Source of the DNA: a virus
Length of the DNA stretch: 29,018 nt
IMG/VR virus record: IMGVR_UViG_3300018465_000004
Span: 1 to 29,018 of that record
Reading direction: 5' to 3' (one strand)
This document shows, piece after piece, positions 24,589 through 29,018 of this stretch (position 1 is the first letter of the stretch; the number at the start of each line of letters is the position of its first letter). Below the pieces are notes generated by a model. The model saw nothing but the letters and a program-made list of their open reading frames with translations, was not told the origin of the DNA and did not search any database. The position numbers and the translations under genes are program-made.

Positions 24589-25043
24589 CCGATCAGCACG
24601 TCACCCTGTTCTTCGGCAAGAAGTGGGACGCACCGAGGCTCGACGACACGGAGGACCGCCGCGTCGTCCAGAAAGCCGTTCCGGTCGGGGAGCAATGCCT
24701 GTACTGCGAGGAGCTGATCCTCCATGGCGACCGCGGGCTGTTCCATCCTTCTGTCACGGCGACCTACCGGGGATTGATCGGCTTCCTCCTCGACTGGGCC
24801 GGCTGGACCACGCTGCTCAAGCGCCGACAGCGAATCTGGACCGCCCGGCTCCGACCCATTCACGCCGAGTGCGACATGCGAATGGTCCTCGGCAGCATCA
24901 ACCACCTCAACGGCAACTGCATCTGCTGCAAAGGGTCGGGCTTCCAGGAGACCGAGTGGGCCGGCACGAGGCGGCAGGAGGCCCTCGCTGTGTGGGCACT
25001 GATGAACGAACGCCGGCAACACCAGGGCCTCGGCCCGCTTTAG
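24585..25043 (+). CDS. Zn-binding hypothetical protein
   Basis: CLYC...HAEC...H...CICC; ATGA overlap. Confidence 0.7.
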   Translation: MTDQHVTLFFGKKWDAPRLDDTEDRRVVQKAVPVGEQCLYCEELILHGDRGLFHPSVTATYRGLIGFLLDWAGWTTLLKRRQRIWTARLRPIHAECDMRMVLGSINHLNGNCICCKGSGFQETEWAGTRRQEALAVWALMNERRQHQGLGPL

Positions 25044-25139
25044 CCTGCGGCCCGCGTCTCGGCGACAGTTTGCGCACGCTGTGGTCCTGTGTAGGTGGCC
25101 ATCAGCCGCAGGCCCCTGGTTCGATTCCAGGGCGGGCCC
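25032..25139 (+). ncRNA. tRNA-like element (acceptor stem and T-arm, no canonical D or anticodon arm)
   Basis: CCTGG-TTCGATT-CCAGG at 25115-25131 followed by GCGGGCC, complementary to GGCCCGC at 25032 or 25049. Confidence 0.55.
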
Positions 25140-25140
25140 C

Positions 25141-26052
25141 GTGAACGTGATCAACCCCTACTGGGACGCCGTCAAGGGATGCATCACCCAGCATGAGATC
25201 GGCGGCTACGCCGTCGTGCGCGACAGCTGCCATGTCGACATGCGCCAGTTCGGAGACTGGCGCGCGCCCAAGGGCATGCGCTCCGGTGTCGCGAAGCTGT
25301 TCAAGCAGGCAATGGATATGCAGCAGCGGGTTGAGCTGGTCATGAGCTACGCGCTTACCATCCCCGACCCGAAAAGCATGGACGTGATCAGCCGGTACGT
25401 CGGCCCAGCCGCTATTGACCCCATGGCCGGCACCGGGTACCTCTCCTATCTCCTCGCGCAGCTCGGCGTCGACGTGCTCAGCTACGACCTCTATCCGCGC
25501 GATATCCAGCACGTCCCGATCCGGCGCGGGCACGCGCCTTATACGGTGCGCCGGCACGGCCGGAACCGGACCCTTATCATCGCCTGGCCCGAGCAGTACA
25601 ACTCAGTCGGCGCTGACACCTTGGCCGCCTATGACGGTGACACTGTCATATACCTCGGGGAATGGGGAGCCAGCTGTGGGACGCAGGCCCTCTATACCGC
25701 GCTGGACCGGGACTGGACGTGCATCGCCAGGATCCTTCCGGTGCGCTGGCCGATCGTCCGAGATGTGGTCCGTGTCTTCAAACGAAGACGCTGGACTCGC
25801 GGGCTCTACCTATCGCCTGGTGGGGTCATCAGCACCAACCCACGCTGGCTGCCAGACGAATTCTCCGCCTTGCTCCGACGGCACAACCTCGGCTGCATCT
25901 TCCGGGCAGCCGACGTCTTACAGCCGACCGGATCTGTCGAGCTGTCAGGCGAGATGCAATGCGTGGGAATGATCGCCCGCATGGACGATCCGGCCAGCTG
26001 CACCTGCGACTCGCCCGTGCTTACCGGGGTGGACGAGCTGGCCGAACCATGA
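25141..26052 (+). CDS. Class I SAM-dependent methyltransferase-like protein
   Basis: IDPMAGTGYLSYLL...VDVLSYD motif I/II; LIIAWP; VIYLGE. Confidence 0.7.
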   Translation: MNVINPYWDAVKGCITQHEIGGYAVVRDSCHVDMRQFGDWRAPKGMRSGVAKLFKQAMDMQQRVELVMSYALTIPDPKSMDVISRYVGPAAIDPMAGTGYLSYLLAQLGVDVLSYDLYPRDIQHVPIRRGHAPYTVRRHGRNRTLIIAWPEQYNSVGADTLAAYDGDTVIYLGEWGASCGTQALYTALDRDWTCIARILPVRWPIVRDVVRVFKRRRWTRGLYLSPGGVISTNPRWLPDEFSALLRRHNLGCIFRAADVLQPTGSVELSGEMQCVGMIARMDDPASCTCDSPVLTGVDELAEP

Positions 26053-26312
26053 TCTACCGGTGCCGCCACTGTCGTCAGCATGTCGAGTGGATGTCGACCA
26101 AGCTCGGCCGGCTGCTGTTCAACCACATGCCAGTCCCGGTCTCTGAGCTTGGCGAGCGCGAGGGTTGGATTCCCGGAACCTGGACCGACAAACGCGGCAA
26201 GCCCGTTACGATGCTCGCCCCGTTGAGCCATTACCAGCCGGCGACGCAGAACAAAGCAAGATTCGCAGTCGTGCCCCACCGCTGCCCGAACAAGGAGACG
26301 GCCGATGGCTAG
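26049..26312 (+). CDS. Zn-ribbon phage protein (CRHC...HRC)
   Basis: ATGA overlap; motif pattern. Confidence 0.65.
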   Translation: MIYRCRHCRQHVEWMSTKLGRLLFNHMPVPVSELGEREGWIPGTWTDKRGKPVTMLAPLSHYQPATQNKARFAVVPHRCPNKETADG

Positions 26313-26733
26313 GTTCGTCCTGGGGGAGGCGTTCTTTGACAAGGATGGCAACCCCATCAGCATCGACGAGTACGGCCGGCTGTTCGAGGACATGGAGTAC
26401 CGGGTGATCGTCGAGACTTCCCTCTGCCCTGGCCACCTGGTGCGGACGTGCTGGCTCGGCTTCCGCGTTCCCGACATCTTCTCCGACACCAACCTGATGA
26501 CGCCAGTCCTGCGGGCGATGGTGGGCGAGCGGGATCCGAGGCTAGTCCGCTACGATCCGGACCTGTTCGGCACCGGCGAGATCTTCAAGCAAGGCGAGCC
26601 AACGCAGACGATCCAGGAAGTTCAGCAGTACTCCACCCAGGACGAGGCAAGAGCCGGACACGAGCACTTCGTCGCCTGGCGCCGCGCCAACCTGGAAGCT
26701 CCGCTAGAGGAATACCTGGAGGTCGACGGATGA
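26305..26733 (+). CDS. Phage hypothetical protein
   Basis: AAGGAG RBS; VRTCWLG...YSTQDEARAGH. Confidence 0.7.
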   Translation: MARFVLGEAFFDKDGNPISIDEYGRLFEDMEYRVIVETSLCPGHLVRTCWLGFRVPDIFSDTNLMTPVLRAMVGERDPRLVRYDPDLFGTGEIFKQGEPTQTIQEVQQYSTQDEARAGHEHFVAWRRANLEAPLEEYLEVDG

Positions 26734-27077
26734 CCAAGCGCGGTTACCTCTACGACCCCAAGGCGGTCGGACCGTTCGGCCTTCCCGCCAGAGTTGTCAC
26801 GGAGGACGAGTTCGCCAAGGAACTCGCGAACTACCCGGGTGGCAGCATCCATTACGTGATGCGGGTTGCCGACACTGGAGATCACCCATGGTTTCCGCCT
26901 GACGTTGTTGAACGCCGCAGGATGGTCACCTGCGAGGAGTGCCGCGAGGTCTGTTGGATTGATGACCAGTCGCGAATCGACCCCAAAGCCAGGGTCATGT
27001 GCAGCCATTGTTGCCCGGTGAAGGTGGACGTGCTGTTCAAGAGGAGCCCCAACTACCGGCCCGGGATGCACAACTGA
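26730..27077 (+). CDS. Zn-finger hypothetical protein
   Basis: GGAGG RBS; CEEC...CSHC. Confidence 0.65.
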   Translation: MTKRGYLYDPKAVGPFGLPARVVTEDEFAKELANYPGGSIHYVMRVADTGDHPWFPPDVVERRRMVTCEECREVCWIDDQSRIDPKARVMCSHCCPVKVDVLFKRSPNYRPGMHN

Positions 27078-27398
27078 GAGTGGATCACTCGACCACGTTG
27101 CGCTACTTCGATGATCTTGCTAGCGTGATTCTCCCCAGCCTGGAAGCAGGGAGACCGCAGCGATGGCGATAGATCATATTTGGCGAGGAAAGGGAGTCAA
27201 GGTTCGCCGCGACCTCGGCGGCAATAGGGAAGTCCGGATCACCGATGGCGAACGCGTGATATCCGTTGAGTGCCCCGTCTGGGTGACTTTCCTCGACGAT
27301 CTTCGCGCGGGGAGATTCACTCAACCTGCGCAGTGATGAACCAAGCCGGCGGTCTGTTGGTAAGCGGCGGGGTCTGGGCCGCGTCCCACTTCGGGCAT

Positions 27399-27782
27399 CT
27401 ACGGCGCGATGCCGGCTGGTTGCCGGCTGCCCCACTGGTGAAGGTTCGCGCACATGTGCGCATTCTTGTAGCGAACCGGCCCGCCCAGGCAGGCTCCGGT
27501 GCACTCAGAACAGCGAACGGGGCAGTCAACCGCCGGCACAAACCGAGGGTCGCTACTCAGGACTTCTGGCAATGGTTCTTGGTCGGCGTGAGCATCCTCG
27601 ATGATGGTCACGTTTGGACATTCGGGTCTGGGACGATCATGATCTTGCTCGTTCCTGTTGCCCATCCAGGCTGGGCAAGCTTCCCACTTAGCCCAACGCT
27701 TAACCACGATCAAGGGATGTTCACCCGATCGAGTGATCCGTGACCACTGCCATCCCCCGGGCATGTACGGCATGAAAGGCAC
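27399..27782 (-). CDS. Cys/His-rich hypothetical protein
   Basis: Open frame with CxxxCxxC...HMC-x3-H; weak codon bias; start uncertain. Confidence 0.35.
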   Translation of the reverse strand: MPFMPYMPGGWQWSRITRSGEHPLIVVKRWAKWEACPAWMGNRNEQDHDRPRPECPNVTIIEDAHADQEPLPEVLSSDPRFVPAVDCPVRCSECTGACLGGPVRYKNAHMCANLHQWGSRQPAGIAP

Positions 27783-27811
27783 GAGAGCCCGTCATCCGTG
27801 ACGGGCTCTCG
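27782..27811. terminator. 13-bp hairpin downstream of the integrase
   Basis: CGAGAGCCCGTCA-TCCG-TGACGGGCTCTCG. Confidence 0.65.
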
Positions 27812-27858
27812 GCAGGGCAGCAAGGGCGACAGCGGTGCACCCCATCCCTCGCCGCAGA

Positions 27859-27884
27859 GTGGATACTAGCCGGCCTTCGCGGTA
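27859..27884 (+). promoter_or_regulatory. Recurring motif copy (GTGGATA-N14-CGGTA)
   Basis: Ends 9 nt before GTG 27894; points into the integrase 3' end. Confidence 0.45.
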
Positions 27885-27952
27885 GTCACTGGTGTGACGG
27901 GCATGACGAAGCAGGAGTGTTGCGACCGGTTCTGGACCGCAATGGCACACGT

Positions 27953-29017
27953 TCACGCTGCGAACTTGCGGCGGCGCGCTTCCAGCCAGTCCCGTTTCGA
28001 CGACTCTTCCCAGCTCCCCACCACTTCTACCCGCCAGGACGAATCAGCCCAACGCCCACGTCCGGCCGCCGGAGAAACGACCACGAAGGAAATCACTTCC
28101 CGCAGCGGTGCGTTGAGCAGGCCAGGTTCACCGCTCAGCGCCTCGTCCCATGTCTCATCGAGCGAGCGGAAAGCCTCATAACCTGGCCTGCCTTCGGCGC
28201 CCAAGGCTGTCATTGCGAGCGCCCCAAGCTCGGCGCGCAACCGGTCGAGGTTCTCCTCGAACGCTGCTTTCGTGTTGTCGAGTTGGTCCTCGCTCATCTT
28301 TCCTCGGGCAAACAAGCCGTAGAGGCGCGTGATTGCGGTCTGCTCCGCATCAATTTCTGCCTCAACCTGAGCCGTCGTCCGCACCGACATGTTGGCGGTG
28401 TTGTGCAACCGGCTCGCAATTTCGTCAATCGACTCCCCAGTCTTCGGGTCGGCGTTCTTCGCCAGCCACTCCCGCACAATTTGAAGTGCAGCGGCGTTGC
28501 TTATCGACACGTGCGTATCTGGGTGGAAGCTGGCCCGGTACCAACAAACCCACGAGTGTTCCCGTTTGCGCCCAGAGTATTTCGTCGTCAGCCGGCGAGA
28601 GCACAGCTCGCAGTAGAGCAACGCGCCGAGTGCGTGCACCGCATTCCGTGCCCGCGGCGGCAGATTTCCCTGGTCCTCGCGACGACGGCGGTACCGCTCC
28701 CAGGTGTTCGCCTCGATAACGGTCGGCTGTACCCCGTTTCGCCAGATGTCGTAGCTGGCCAGGTTATTTCGCACCGACTTCCCACTGGCCTTGCGCTGCG
28801 CCAACAATTCCGCGCTGCGTTCTCGAATCAGGCCCGCACCAAACCCGGTGTCGAGCATCTGACCGAGGGATTGCGGAGTCCACAACCCAGCCAAAGATGT
28901 GCGGAATCCTGTCTCGTTCAGGATCTTGACCAGTTGGCGCAGCGATTCGCCTGCTACATATTGATCGTAAAGCCGTCTCAGCTCTGGCGCTTCCACTGGG
29001 TTGAGAACATAATGCGG
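27953..29017 (-). CDS. Large serine recombinase/integrase (5' part outside the window)
   Basis: Recombinase domain EAPELRRLYDQYVAGESLRQLVKILN...W...L; Zn ribbon LLYCELC...WVC; coiled coil; frame open to the window edge. Confidence 0.9.
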   Translation of the reverse strand, partial: PHYVLNPVEAPELRRLYDQYVAGESLRQLVKILNETGFRTSLAGLWTPQSLGQMLDTGFGAGLIRERSAELLAQRKASGKSVRNNLASYDIWRNGVQPTVIEANTWERYRRRREDQGNLPPRARNAVHALGALLYCELCSRRLTTKYSGRKREHSWVCWYRASFHPDTHVSISNAAALQIVREWLAKNADPKTGESIDEIASRLHNTANMSVRTTAQVEAEIDAEQTAITRLYGLFARGKMSEDQLDNTKAAFEENLDRLRAELGALAMTALGAEGRPGYEAFRSLDETWDEALSGEPGLLNAPLREVISFVVVSPAAGRGRWADSSWRVEVVGSWEESSKRDWLEARRRKFAA

Positions 29018-29018
29018 C

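Larger units (their letters stand above)
1..29018. mobile_element. Actinobacterial temperate phage/prophage (replication, regulation and accessory arm up to the integrase)
   Basis: Dense, translationally coupled small ORFs (ATGA/GTGA overlaps), holin-like gene, DnaB, primase Zn finger, HNH, Lsr2 and serine integrase; no housekeeping operons; both boundaries lie outside the window. Confidence 0.85.

Noticed and set aside
25049-25139. Canonical tRNA gene with an assignable anticodon
   Set aside because: No U8/A14/GG D-loop pattern and no 5-bp stem with a 7-nt loop; kept only as tRNA-like
27103-27541. Overlapping ORFs 27103..27504, 27270..27743 and 27317..27541
   Set aside because: Lower-GC region with no convincing RBS, codon bias or motif; the true frame cannot be chosen
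1-29018. CRISPR array, reverse transcriptase/DGR, or att site
   Set aside because: No regularly spaced repeats, RT motifs or TR/VR pair seen; the integrase 5' end and the likely att site are outside the window

Overview
High-GC actinobacterial phage or prophage segment. The host is probably Micromonosporaceae-like, inferred from the XRE/DUF397 and mini-GntR cassettes. From left to right it carries: a holin-like gene; a SNF2 ATPase, HNH and WhiG/FliA-like sigma operon; a DnaB helicase, BldC and primase Zn-finger block; Lsr2; a DUF6143-like protein; metallophosphoesterase plus HAD phosphatase; an ECF-like sigma, degenerate LAGLIDADG and clamp-loader delta' operon; clamp-loader delta; many small Cys-rich ORFs; a leftward block; an XRE(DUF5753)/DUF397 pair; a tRNA-like element abutting a methyltransferase-like gene; and the 3' part of a large serine integrase cut by the window edge. 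Most notable are (i) a near-complete set of actinomycete development-type regulators on the element, (ii) a recurring intergenic promoter-like motif GCGGAAW-N14/15-CGGTA suggesting a phage sigma cascade, and (iii) a non-canonical tRNA-like RNA. All family calls are by-eye motif recognition; no searches were run.
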